Shown here: one piece after another, positions 19,914 through 28,932 of the stretch | Position numbering within the stretch: the first letter of the stretch is position 1 | How the letters are laid out: the number at the start of each line of letters is the position of its first letter | NCBI GenBank assembly: GCA_965223415.1 | Contig: OZ245002.1 | Coordinates: 32,001-96,000, forward strand | Length of the DNA stretch: 64,000 bases | DNA from: Myxococcota bacterium | Lineage (GTDB): Bacteria > Myxococcota_A > UBA9160 > UBA6930 | Direction of reading: 5' to 3' | The notes under the pieces: generated by a model | Databases searched by the model: none | The model's input: the letters and a program-made list of their open reading frames with translations, nothing else | What the model was told of the DNA's origin: nothing | Made by a program: the position numbers and the translations under genes

Positions 19914-22900
19914 TCAGTGCACCTCGACCGCCACGAGCTTCGAGACGCCCTTCTCCTCCATGGTCACGCCGTAGAGGATGTCCGCGATCTCGATGGTGCG
20001 CTTGTTGTGGGTGATCAGGAGGAACTGGGAGGCCAGGGCCATCTCCTTCACGATCTCGTTGAAGCGACCGACGTTGGCGTCGTCGAGGGCGGCGTCCACC
20101 TCGTCCAGCAGGAAGAAGGGTGAGGGGCGCACCTGGAACACGGAGACCAGCAGCGCGATGGCGGTCATCGTCTTCTCGCCGCCGGAGAGCAGGTTCACAC
20201 TCTGGAGCCGCTTGCCCGGGGGCTGCGCCATGATCTCGATGCCCGCCTCGAGCACGTCCTCGCTCTCGGTGAGGCCCAGACTCGCCTTGCCGCCGCGGAA
20301 GAGCCGCGGGAAGTTCTTTTCGAAGCGCTCCTTCACCGCGTCGAAGGTCTCCCGGAAGCGGCGGCGGCTGGTGCGGTTGATGCGGGCGATGGCGTCGCGG
20401 AGCTGGGCCACGCTGCTCTCGAGATCTCCTTTCTGCTCGGTGAGGAAGCGGAAGCGCTCGCGCAGCTCCTCGTGCTCCTCGATCGCGCCCAGGTTGACCT
20501 CGCCGATCGCCTCGATGCGCTTGCGCACGTCGGCCAGACGCTCCCGGCGGCCGTCCATGTCGAGGGCCATCAGCTCGGCGATCTCCCGGGCTTCCTTGCG
20601 GGCGTCGCGGTCTTCGGCGGAAGAGCTCTGGGGCAATGCGAGGCCATCTGCATCAGCGACGCCCTCGCCACTGGATACCGGCAACGTCTCCAGGTCGGCT
20701 GCCGGCTCTGTCTCCGCTTCGGGCTCCTCGTCGGTGGCGAGGGCGGGGGCCGGCGGCTTCCAGTGCACAATGTCGACGTTCCACTTCTCGCGGATCGACT
20801 CGTCGAGGTGCTGGAGGCGCAGCTCCTGCTCCCGCAGGCCCAGCTCCGCCTGCTGAGCCTCGTCGCGGCGGGCCTCCAGGTCGATGCGCACGCCCCGCGC
20901 CTCCTCCTCGAGCTCGCGGACCAGGGCGGCCTGCTGCTCGTAGGCGTCGCGCTTCTCCTCGTTGCCGAGCCGCGCGGTCTCCTCCTCCTGCAGGCGCTCG
21001 GTGAGCAGGCGCTCGGCCTCGGCGATGCGATCGGCCAGCTCGCCGCGCCGGCTTTCGGCGGTCTGGATCTCCGCGTCGCGGCGCTGGATCCAGCCGCGGC
21101 TCTCACGGACCGCGGCCTCGGCGCGCTCGAGGGCGCTTCGCAGGCGGGTCGCCCCCTCCTCTCGACCCTCGTGGAGCACCCGCCGCTCGGTCGCGACGGC
21201 CTCGAGCCGCGAGAGCTCGCGGCTCGAGGACCCGATCTGCAGCGTCATCTGCTCGAGGGCGCGCTGGCGGCGGCCCCGGTCTTCCCGTTCGCCGGTGAGG
21301 CGTCGCTCGAGGCTCTGCCGCTCTTCCTCGATGGCCTCCACCTCGGCCAGGAGATCCGAGCGCTCGGCGACCCGGCCCTCCTGAGCCTCCCCGATCGCCT
21401 TCACCCGTTCGCGGGTGCGCTCCAGGTCCTTCTCGTGGTTGGCCACCGCAAGGGCCGCCGTGTGGTGGCGGTTGCGCAGGTTCTCGAGCTCGTCGGACGC
21501 GGCGGCCAGGCGCTCCTCGGCGCTGCGCTGGGCTCCTTCCTGCTGGCTCACCTCCCGCTCGAGACTCGCGACCTCGTCCCCCAGCTCCCGCACCTCCCGA
21601 ACCCGGGTGAGGATGCCGGTCTGGGAGGCATCGCCGCCGCCGCGAACCACACCATCCGGTGTCAGCAGGTCACCGGAGGGCGTCACGAAGGTGCACGGGA
21701 TCGTGCCGCGCCCGTACAGCTCGATCGGCTCGGCCAGGCTCTCGACCAGGTTCACCCGGCCGAGCAGCGAATGGGCCACCGCCTCGGAGCCGGGCCGCGG
21801 GCGCACGCGGCGCAGCAGCGGCTCGCCCAGGGGCACGAAGCCCTGGGGCCCCGGATCGCCGTCGCGGGCGAGCACGAGCACCGCCCGGCCCGCCGAGGCG
21901 TGGCGCAGGGAGGCCAGCGCATCGAGGGCCCGCGGGCCGTCCTCGACCACGAGCGCCTCGGCCCGTTCGGCCAGCACGGCTTCCACGGCCTTCTCGATCC
22001 CGGCGTCCGCGTCGAAGGCGTCTCGCACGAGGCCCCGCAGACCGAGCCGGCGACGCTCGTCGTCGCCGAGACGCAGCAGGTGCCGCGCGCCCTGCCCCAC
22101 GTCTTCCTGGCGGGCCAGGAGCTCCTGCAGCGAGGTGAGACGGGCGCGGCGGGTTTCCCGGAGCTCGCGACGGGCGGCGAGCTGCTCGCCGGCGACCCGC
22201 GCCGCCTCCACGGCCTCGGCGTGGCCCGAGAGGGCCTCCCGGACCAGACCCATCAGGCGGTCGCGCTCGGCGAGCAGATTGCGGAGCCCCTCTTCCAGGG
22301 CCTGCTGCTCCTGGTCGGCACGGGTGGCCTCGCCCTGCTGCACCTCGAGCTGCTCGTCGGCGCTTCGCAGGCGGCCGTCGATCTCGGCGCGCCGGTCCGC
22401 CAGGGCGGCCAGCCGGTCCTCGACCCGGGCGACCCCGGTGAGCACCTCGACCAGCCCCTGGTTCTGGGCGTCGCGCTGCTGCTCGAGGCCGCGCAGGGCC
22501 TGCTCTCCGCTCCGCGCCTCACCCTCGGCGAGGCGCATCGCCTCGCCGGCTTCGGAGAGCGCCGTCTCCACGCCACGCAGCTCGTCGCCGACCCGACCGG
22601 CCTCCTCGAGCGCCGTCGTCAGCTGGCCCTGGAGCTGCTCCCTCTCCCGGGCCCGGGCCTCGTTGGCCTCGGCCAGGGAGGCCCGCTCCCGGCGCTCGTA
22701 GGCCATCTGGCTCTCGAGCTCCTTGATCTGGCCCCGCAGCTGGAAGAGCACCTCGTTGCCCTGGCCCAGCTCCCGCTCCCGGTCGGCGAGATCGACGCGG
22801 CGCTGCTCGAGGCCGGCCTCCCGCTCCTGGAGCCGGGTCTCGGCCTCGGTCGCGGCGTCGCGGAGCGAGCGCAGGTGGAGCCGCCCCTGCTCGAGCTCGT

Positions 22901-23624
22901 GGGTGAGCTCGGCGCGCTCGTCCGCGGCCAAGGAGAGCTCGAGGAGCCGCTGGATCTCGCGCAGGCGCTTGAAGCGGGCCGCCTTCTTCGCCTGGCGCTC
23001 GATGGAGGAGATCTGGCGCTTGATCTCGCCGAGCACGTCGCGGACCCGCGTGAGGTTCGTGTCGGTGGCCTCGAGCTTGCGTTCGGCCTCGCGGCGGCGG
23101 GCCTTGTACTTGCTGATGCCGGCGGCCTCTTCGATCAGGCTGCGCCGCTCCTCGGGCTTGGCGGAGACGATCTCGGCGATCCGACCCTGCTCGACGATCG
23201 TGTAGCCCTTGGTGCCGATGCCGGTATCGCGGAAGAAGTCCTGGACGTCCCGCAGTCGCACCGGCGTCTTGTTGATCAGGTACTCGCTCTCGCCGGAGCG
23301 GTAGAGCCGCCGGGCCACGGCAATCTCGGAGAAGGAGGCGTACTCCGCCGGCGCCAGGCCGTCGGCGTTGTCGAAGGTGAGCACCACCTCCGCCAGACCC
23401 ACGGGCGAGCGGGCGTCGGAGCCCGCGAAGATGACGTCCTCCATCCCCTTGCCCCGCAGCCGGCGGGGTGACTGCTCGCCCATGGCCCAGCGGATGGCGT
23501 CGACGACGTTGGACTTGCCACAGCCGTTGGGGCCGACGATGCCGGTGATGCCCGGCTGGAAGGAGAACGCCGTTTTATCGACGAAGGACTTGAACCCCGT
23601 GATCTGCAGCGACTTGACGCGCAA
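19914..23624 (-). CDS. smc: chromosome segregation protein SMC
   Basis: GFKSF, GPNGCGKSN, long coiled coils, hinge, LSGGEK, LDEVDAALD; TTG start. Confidence 0.97.
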   Translation of the reverse strand: MRVKSLQITGFKSFVDKTAFSFQPGITGIVGPNGCGKSNVVDAIRWAMGEQSPRRLRGKGMEDVIFAGSDARSPVGLAEVVLTFDNADGLAPAEYASFSEIAVARRLYRSGESEYLINKTPVRLRDVQDFFRDTGIGTKGYTIVEQGRIAEIVSAKPEERRSLIEEAAGISKYKARRREAERKLEATDTNLTRVRDVLGEIKRQISSIERQAKKAARFKRLREIQRLLELSLAADERAELTHELEQGRLHLRSLRDAATEAETRLQEREAGLEQRRVDLADRERELGQGNEVLFQLRGQIKELESQMAYERRERASLAEANEARAREREQLQGQLTTALEEAGRVGDELRGVETALSEAGEAMRLAEGEARSGEQALRGLEQQRDAQNQGLVEVLTGVARVEDRLAALADRRAEIDGRLRSADEQLEVQQGEATRADQEQQALEEGLRNLLAERDRLMGLVREALSGHAEAVEAARVAGEQLAARRELRETRRARLTSLQELLARQEDVGQGARHLLRLGDDERRRLGLRGLVRDAFDADAGIEKAVEAVLAERAEALVVEDGPRALDALASLRHASAGRAVLVLARDGDPGPQGFVPLGEPLLRRVRPRPGSEAVAHSLLGRVNLVESLAEPIELYGRGTIPCTFVTPSGDLLTPDGVVRGGGDASQTGILTRVREVRELGDEVASLEREVSQQEGAQRSAEERLAAASDELENLRNRHHTAALAVANHEKDLERTRERVKAIGEAQEGRVAERSDLLAEVEAIEEERQSLERRLTGEREDRGRRQRALEQMTLQIGSSSRELSRLEAVATERRVLHEGREEGATRLRSALERAEAAVRESRGWIQRRDAEIQTAESRRGELADRIAEAERLLTERLQEEETARLGNEEKRDAYEQQAALVRELEEEARGVRIDLEARRDEAQQAELGLREQELRLQHLDESIREKWNVDIVHWKPPAPALATDEEPEAETEPAADLETLPVSSGEGVADADGLALPQSSSAEDRDARKEAREIAELMALDMDGRRERLADVRKRIEAIGEVNLGAIEEHEELRERFRFLTEQKGDLESSVAQLRDAIARINRTSRRRFRETFDAVKERFEKNFPRLFRGGKASLGLTESEDVLEAGIEIMAQPPGKRLQSVNLLSGGEKTMTAIALLVSVFQVRPSPFFLLDEVDAALDDANVGRFNEIVKEMALASQFLLITHNKRTIEIADILYGVTMEEKGVSKLVAVEVH

Positions 23625-23794
23625 CTGAACCTCAGAACCCCTCGGGACGCCGCAGGCTGGAGGTCCTTGCGGCCACCCGGGGGGGCGGATGGGAGCTGGC
23701 TCAGGCTTGGGGGTGCCGTCTAGTTAACAGGCCGTGCGGAGGAGGCGCAAGCACGGGGCCCGGGGCCACCCCCGGGGAGTCGTCGGCGCGCCCC

Positions 23795-25669
23795 TCAGCG
23801 GCCGGCCGCGGCCAGCACGGGCGTCCCGCCCTCCAGCTGGAGCTGGCGGAGGCGCGCGTAGAGCCCGTCCTGCTCCATGAGCTCGGTGTGGCTCCCGCTC
23901 TCGACGAGCTTCCCGTGGTGGAGGACGTAGATGCGGTCGACGTCCTCGATGGTGGAGAGGCGGTGGGCGATCACGAGAGAGGTCTTCCCCTCCATCAGCA
24001 CGTGGATGCCGCGCTGGACCAGGGCCTCGGTTTCGGTGTCGATGGAGCTCGTGGCTTCGTCCAGCACCAGCACGTCGGCGCCGTGGGCCAGGGCCCGGGC
24101 GAAGGACAGGAGCTGGCGCTGGCCCGTGGAGAAGTTGGTGCCGCGCTCCCGCACCTCCGTGTCGTAGCCCTCGGGAAGCGCCGCGATGAAGCGATCGGCC
24201 TCCACCGCCGCCGCCGCCTCGCGGATCGCGTCGCGCCCCAGGTCGTCGCGCCCGAGGGCCAGGTTGTCCGCCACCGTCCCGCTGAACAGGAAGACGTCCT
24301 GGAGCACCATCCCGACCCGGCGGCGCAGCTCGGCCTGGGGGATCTCGCGCAGGTCGACGCCGTCCAGGAGGATGCGACCCCGGTTCACTTCGTAGAGGCG
24401 GGTCAGGAGGTTGATCACCGTGGTCTTGCCGGCGCCGGTGGCCCCGACGAACGCGACCTTCTCGCCGGGCGCGACCTGGAAGGAGACGTCCCGGAGAACC
24501 CAGTCCTCGCCGCCGTAGGCGAACCAGACGTGCTCGAACTCGATCTCGCCGCGGGCGGGCGGCGCCTCCTGGCCGGCGACGTGGCGCTCCCAGCCGGGCT
24601 CCGGGTCCCGGATCGCCGGCTCCGTGTCCAGGAGCTGGAAGATCCGCTCGATGCTGGCCATGGAGGACTGCATCACCGAGTACTTCGCCGAGAGGTCGCG
24701 CAGCGGCATGAAGAAGCGCCGCATGTAGTTGATGAAAAGGTAGATCGTGCCGGCCGTCGCCAGGCCCGTGGCGGCCCAGATGACCACCGCCACGGTGATC
24801 CCGCTGGCGAGCTCGACCACCGAGAAGAGCGCCGAGTCGTACCAGATCGACCGGTGCCAGGCGTCCCGGTGCGCGCCGTTCAGGTCCTCGAAATCGCGCA
24901 GGTTGCGGGCCTCGCGGGTGAAGAGCTGCACCACCTTCATCCCGGTGACCGTCTCCTGGATGGTGGCGTTGATCCGCGCGAGCAGGACCCGGGTGTTCCG
25001 GAAGGCCTCGCGGACCTTCAGGCGGAAAATCACGGCGGCGATCGCCAGGAACGGCACCACGGCGAAGGTCCAGAGCGCCAGCTCCGCGTCCACCCAGAAG
25101 AGCACGGCGGCAAAGCCGATCATCTTGAGGACGTCGGTCACGAAGGCGACGAGCCCCTGGCTGAACATCTCCGCCACGTGCTCCACGTCGCTGGTCGCGC
25201 GGGTGACGAGCCGGCCGACGGGATAGGTGTCGAAGAAGCCCAGGTGCAGGCTCTGGATGTGGTCGAAGACTTCGAGGCGCAGGTCGCGCATGGCAGCCTG
25301 GCCGGTGGCGACCATGAGCAGCATGTGGCCGTAGACGAGGAGCGCCGAGGCCAGGGAGGCGGCCAGGAACAGGCCCGCCAGCCACACCAGCGGGTCCCAG
25401 CCCTCGGGTGCGGTCAGCAGGGCGTCGAGCGGTCCGCTGCCGCTCGCTTCGACGCCGAGCATCACCCGGTCCATGCCGGTCTTCACGATCCAGGCGGGCG
25501 CCAGCTCGAGCGCGAACATCGGCGCCACCATCAGGAGGGTCAGCGCCACCTGCCCCTTGTAGGGCGCGACCCATCCCCAGAGCCGGCGCAGCAGCCTGCG
25601 ATCGACGGCCCGGCCGAGCGCCTCCTCCTCGAGGATCGCATCGAGTCCGCTTCCCCGGGCCCCGCTCAT
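23795..25669 (-). CDS. ABC exporter half-transporter (MdlB/TM288-like)
   Basis: TMD+NBD; GATGAGKT, degenerate signature FSTGQ, canonical LDEATS and AHRL. Confidence 0.9.
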   Translation of the reverse strand: MSGARGSGLDAILEEEALGRAVDRRLLRRLWGWVAPYKGQVALTLLMVAPMFALELAPAWIVKTGMDRVMLGVEASGSGPLDALLTAPEGWDPLVWLAGLFLAASLASALLVYGHMLLMVATGQAAMRDLRLEVFDHIQSLHLGFFDTYPVGRLVTRATSDVEHVAEMFSQGLVAFVTDVLKMIGFAAVLFWVDAELALWTFAVVPFLAIAAVIFRLKVREAFRNTRVLLARINATIQETVTGMKVVQLFTREARNLRDFEDLNGAHRDAWHRSIWYDSALFSVVELASGITVAVVIWAATGLATAGTIYLFINYMRRFFMPLRDLSAKYSVMQSSMASIERIFQLLDTEPAIRDPEPGWERHVAGQEAPPARGEIEFEHVWFAYGGEDWVLRDVSFQVAPGEKVAFVGATGAGKTTVINLLTRLYEVNRGRILLDGVDLREIPQAELRRRVGMVLQDVFLFSGTVADNLALGRDDLGRDAIREAAAAVEADRFIAALPEGYDTEVRERGTNFSTGQRQLLSFARALAHGADVLVLDEATSSIDTETEALVQRGIHVLMEGKTSLVIAHRLSTIEDVDRIYVLHHGKLVESGSHTELMEQDGLYARLRQLQLEGGTPVLAAAGR

Positions 25670-27477
25670 ACGGAGGCCTCCGCCGCGGCCCGGCGCTCCC
25701 GGGCCTCCTGGTCCTGGGCGAGCCGCGCGTACAGACCGCCCTCGGCGAGCAGGCTCTCGTGGGTGCCCTGCTCGACGATGCGTCCCTCGTCGAGCACGAC
25801 GATCAGGTCCGCGTCGCGGACGGTGGTGACCCGCGAGGCGACGATCACCACGGTCCGTCCCTCGAAGACCTCGGCCAGGTTCTCCTGGATGGCGGCCTCG
25901 GTCTCGGCGTCGACGGCGGAGAGGGTGTCGTCCAGGATCAGGATCGACGGATCGAGGGCCAGGGCACGGGCCAGGGCCGTGCGCTGACGCTGGCCCCCGG
26001 AGAGCATCACGCCGCGCTCGCCGACCACCGTCGCATAGCGGTCCGGCAGCTCCGCCACGTCCTTGGCGAGCTGGGCGCGCTCGGCGGCGCGCTGCACCGC
26101 GGCTGGCTCGGTCGCGGGCAGGCCGTAGGCGACGTTGTCCGCCAGCGACATCGAGAACAGGAACGAGTCCTGGGGCACCATCGCGATGCTCCGGCGCAGG
26201 CGATGCAGGGCCACGTGGTTCACGTCGATGCCGTCGACGAAGACGTGACCGTCCTCCACCTCGTAGAGCCGCGGGATCAGTGATGCCAGGGTGGTCTTGC
26301 CCGCGCCGACGGGGCCGACCACGCCGAGCACGCTGCCGGCCGGGACGCGCAGGTTCAGCTCGCGCAGCGCCGGCTCCCGCTCGCTCCCGGGGTAGGTGAA
26401 AGTGAGGTCTCGGAACTCGAGCTCGCCGCGGGGATGGCGCAGGTCGACGGCCTCCGGCGGGTCGGCGATGGAGGGCTCCGTCGCGAGCACCTCGTCGATG
26501 CGCTGCATCGACGCGGTGCCCCGCTGCACCAGGTTGAAGACCCAGCCCATGATGAAGATGGGGAAGGTCAGCTCGTAGTTGAACATGGAGAAGACGAAGA
26601 ACTGGGAGAGAGGCATCTCCCCGTCCATCACCGCGTGCCCGCCGACCAGGAAGATGATCCACATGCCGACCATCGGGAGCAGGCTCGTCACGGCGGGCAT
26701 CGCGCCGTTCACCCTCGCCACGTGCAGCCAGCGGCGGTAGAGGTCGTCGCACAGCCCCTCGAAGCGATCGCGGGTGTGGCCCTCCATCGCGTAGGCCTTC
26801 ACCACCGCGATGCCGGAGACGGTCTCCTGGAGGTGGTTCGACATGTCGGAGAGGCCCACCTGCACCGCCAGATTGCTCGAGTGCATGGCCCGGCCGAAGG
26901 CCCGCGAGATCAGGATGAAGAGCGGGTACGGGATGAGGACCAGGGCCGCGAGCTTCGGATTCAGGTAGAACATCGTCGCCAGCGTGGCGCCCATCAGGAT
27001 GGGCGTCTGCGCGACGGAGAGGAGCCCCGGCCCCAGCATCAGCCGCACCGAGGTGAGATCGTTCACGCAGCGGCTCATCAGATCGCCGGTGCGCCAGCGG
27101 AAGTAGAAGGACTGGGGCAGGCGCTGGAGATGCTCGAACAGATCGTTACGGATCTGGTACTCGATCTCCCGGGCCGCGTTGAAGATGCGCACCCGCGAGA
27201 AGAAGCGGACCCCGGAGCGGGCGATCGCCACCGCGAACAGCCATCCGCAGCGGCGGCCCACCTCGGCGGCCGGGAGGCCCTCGACGAGGGCTTCGATGCA
27301 CCAGCCCACCATGATGGGCAGCGCAACGAAGAAGCCGGCGTAGAGCATCGTCGTGAGCACGCCGAGCACGTAGTCGGCCTTGTTGCGGGCGACGTAGTGG
27401 GCGAGGCGCCGGAACATCGTCCGGCGGTTCTCCGCGATGGTCGCCCGGTCCTGGACGAAGCCTTCCGCGGCGCTCAC
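25666..27477 (-). CDS. ABC exporter half-transporter (MdlA/TM287-like)
   Basis: GPVGAGKT, LSGGQ, non-canonical Walker B LDD, switch His replaced (ASR); forms an asymmetric heterodimer pattern with its neighbour. Confidence 0.9.
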   Translation of the reverse strand: MSAAEGFVQDRATIAENRRTMFRRLAHYVARNKADYVLGVLTTMLYAGFFVALPIMVGWCIEALVEGLPAAEVGRRCGWLFAVAIARSGVRFFSRVRIFNAAREIEYQIRNDLFEHLQRLPQSFYFRWRTGDLMSRCVNDLTSVRLMLGPGLLSVAQTPILMGATLATMFYLNPKLAALVLIPYPLFILISRAFGRAMHSSNLAVQVGLSDMSNHLQETVSGIAVVKAYAMEGHTRDRFEGLCDDLYRRWLHVARVNGAMPAVTSLLPMVGMWIIFLVGGHAVMDGEMPLSQFFVFSMFNYELTFPIFIMGWVFNLVQRGTASMQRIDEVLATEPSIADPPEAVDLRHPRGELEFRDLTFTYPGSEREPALRELNLRVPAGSVLGVVGPVGAGKTTLASLIPRLYEVEDGHVFVDGIDVNHVALHRLRRSIAMVPQDSFLFSMSLADNVAYGLPATEPAAVQRAAERAQLAKDVAELPDRYATVVGERGVMLSGGQRQRTALARALALDPSILILDDTLSAVDAETEAAIQENLAEVFEGRTVVIVASRVTTVRDADLIVVLDEGRIVEQGTHESLLAEGGLYARLAQDQEARERRAAAEASV

Positions 27478-28166
27478 GAGCGGTACCAGGCGGCGACGCG
27501 CTCCCGGTCGAGGCCGAGCCGCCAGGCCAGGAGCGCGCCCAGGTTGCGGAGCACGGTGCGCGCGAAGCCGCGGCGCTCGTAGCGCCGGGGCGAGGTCTCG
27601 ACCGCCTCGGAGAGCAGCGCCAGCCGCCCACGGCGCCGCACCTCCCGCACCAGGTCGAGGTCTTCCATGATGGGCGCCTGGGGGACGCCCCCCATCGCCT
27701 CGAGCACCGGGCGGCGGACGAACAGCGCCTGGTCGCCGTAGGGCAGCCGGAACAGCCGCACCCTCACACGCACCCAGGTCTCGACGAAGCGGAGACGGGC
27801 GCCTTCCCCGGAGAAACGGAAGGCGAAGGCGCCGCCGGACACGGCCGGATCGGCGAGGGCGCGCCGGACGGCGCCCGCCCAGCCCTCGGGCAGCCGCGTA
27901 TCCGCGTGGAGGAAGCAGAGCACGTCCGCGGGCCCGGCGGCGGCCGCACCGGCCGCCAGCTGTCGCGCTCGCCCCGGCTCACTCGGCACCACCCGCGCTC
28001 CTTCCTCTCGTGCTCGCTCTGCCGTCGCGTCCGCACTGCCCCCATCGGCGACGATCACGTCGACTTCCAGGCCACGGGCGCTCCCATCCGGACCGAGGAC
28101 GCTCCGGATGGCGGCGCGGATCCGATCGGCCTCGTGGAGCGCGGGGATCACGACCGCGATCCGCAC
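27474..28166 (-). CDS. GT2 glycosyltransferase, TIGR04283-like
   Basis: VVIPALHE, ADGGSADAT, GRARQL, FLHADT, YGDQALF, PIMED, TSPRRY. Confidence 0.85.
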   Translation of the reverse strand: MRIAVVIPALHEADRIRAAIRSVLGPDGSARGLEVDVIVADGGSADATAERAREEGARVVPSEPGRARQLAAGAAAAGPADVLCFLHADTRLPEGWAGAVRRALADPAVSGGAFAFRFSGEGARLRFVETWVRVRVRLFRLPYGDQALFVRRPVLEAMGGVPQAPIMEDLDLVREVRRRGRLALLSEAVETSPRRYERRGFARTVLRNLGALLAWRLGLDRERVAAWYRS

Positions 28167-28236
28167 GACTTCACTCTAGCGCCGCCCGGGGCCGGCGGCG
28201 AAGGCCCCCGCAGGGGCCACGGGCACGGGTAGGCAC

Positions 28237-28266
28237 TTGTCACGGCCGTCCGCCAACGAATAGGAT
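28237..28266 (+). promoter_or_regulatory. sigma70-type promoter, probably giving a leaderless mRNA
   Basis: TTGTCA-18nt-TAGGAT, then 5 nt to the ATG at 28272. Confidence 0.65.
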
Positions 28267-28271
28267 GGGGA

Positions 28272-28913
28272 ATGCGCACGACGCCCTCGCTTCGCGGCCG
28301 CTTGTCGGTCCTTGCGGTGGTGCTTCCGCTCCTGCTCGCACCCGCCTGCGTCTTCAAGGGAATCGCCATCAACGAGCCCGCCAGGGACGAGCTCGAGACC
28401 GACGATGCCGTGCGCCTCGAGGCGCGGGTGGCGCCCCACATCGACGTCCTGACGGTGGCGGTGCTGCTCGACGGCGTGGACCTGATCCAGCACTTCGGCC
28501 TGGTCCCGCCCTTCACCGGGCAGGGCGGCAACGTGATGATCGGCGGCGACCTGGTCACGATCAGCGGCTTCGAGTTCGACCCGGCGCTGGGCTTGCCACA
28601 GCTCTCCCTCGACGCGAGCGGGCTCTCCCTGGGCGCCCACGATTTCGAGATCTCGGGCTTCCGGCCCTCGGACGGCGCGACGGTCGTGACCACCCGGAAT
28701 TTCGCGATGATCGGCACCCTCGACGAGAAGGTGCGCGCCGTGACGAGCGCCGGCATGCTGCGCCGCTCGGCGACCTTCGGCGGCTTCCGGCTGGGCAACG
28801 CCGCCGCCGGAGTTGCCGCCGCAGGCGAACCGGTCGCCTACCCGGACGGGTCGGAGCTCCGTGCGGGCGTGGTCGAGGCCATCGAAGCCCGTTTGGCCGG
28901 CGGAACGCCGTAG
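28272..28913 (+). CDS. hypothetical protein, probable lipoprotein
   Basis: Basic N-terminus, hydrophobic stretch, Cys26 (LLAPAC); beta-rich middle; Gly/Ala-rich C-terminal segment; host-like codon usage. Confidence 0.75.
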   Translation: MRTTPSLRGRLSVLAVVLPLLLAPACVFKGIAINEPARDELETDDAVRLEARVAPHIDVLTVAVLLDGVDLIQHFGLVPPFTGQGGNVMIGGDLVTISGFEFDPALGLPQLSLDASGLSLGAHDFEISGFRPSDGATVVTTRNFAMIGTLDEKVRAVTSAGMLRRSATFGGFRLGNAAAGVAAAGEPVAYPDGSELRAGVVEAIEARLAGGTP

Positions 28914-28932
28914 GCCCCGGGCGGGAGCATCC

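Noticed and set aside
23795..27477. Degenerate Walker B, switch and signature motifs as signs of pseudogenisation
   Set aside because: The pattern matches the normal asymmetric sites of heterodimeric ABC exporters.
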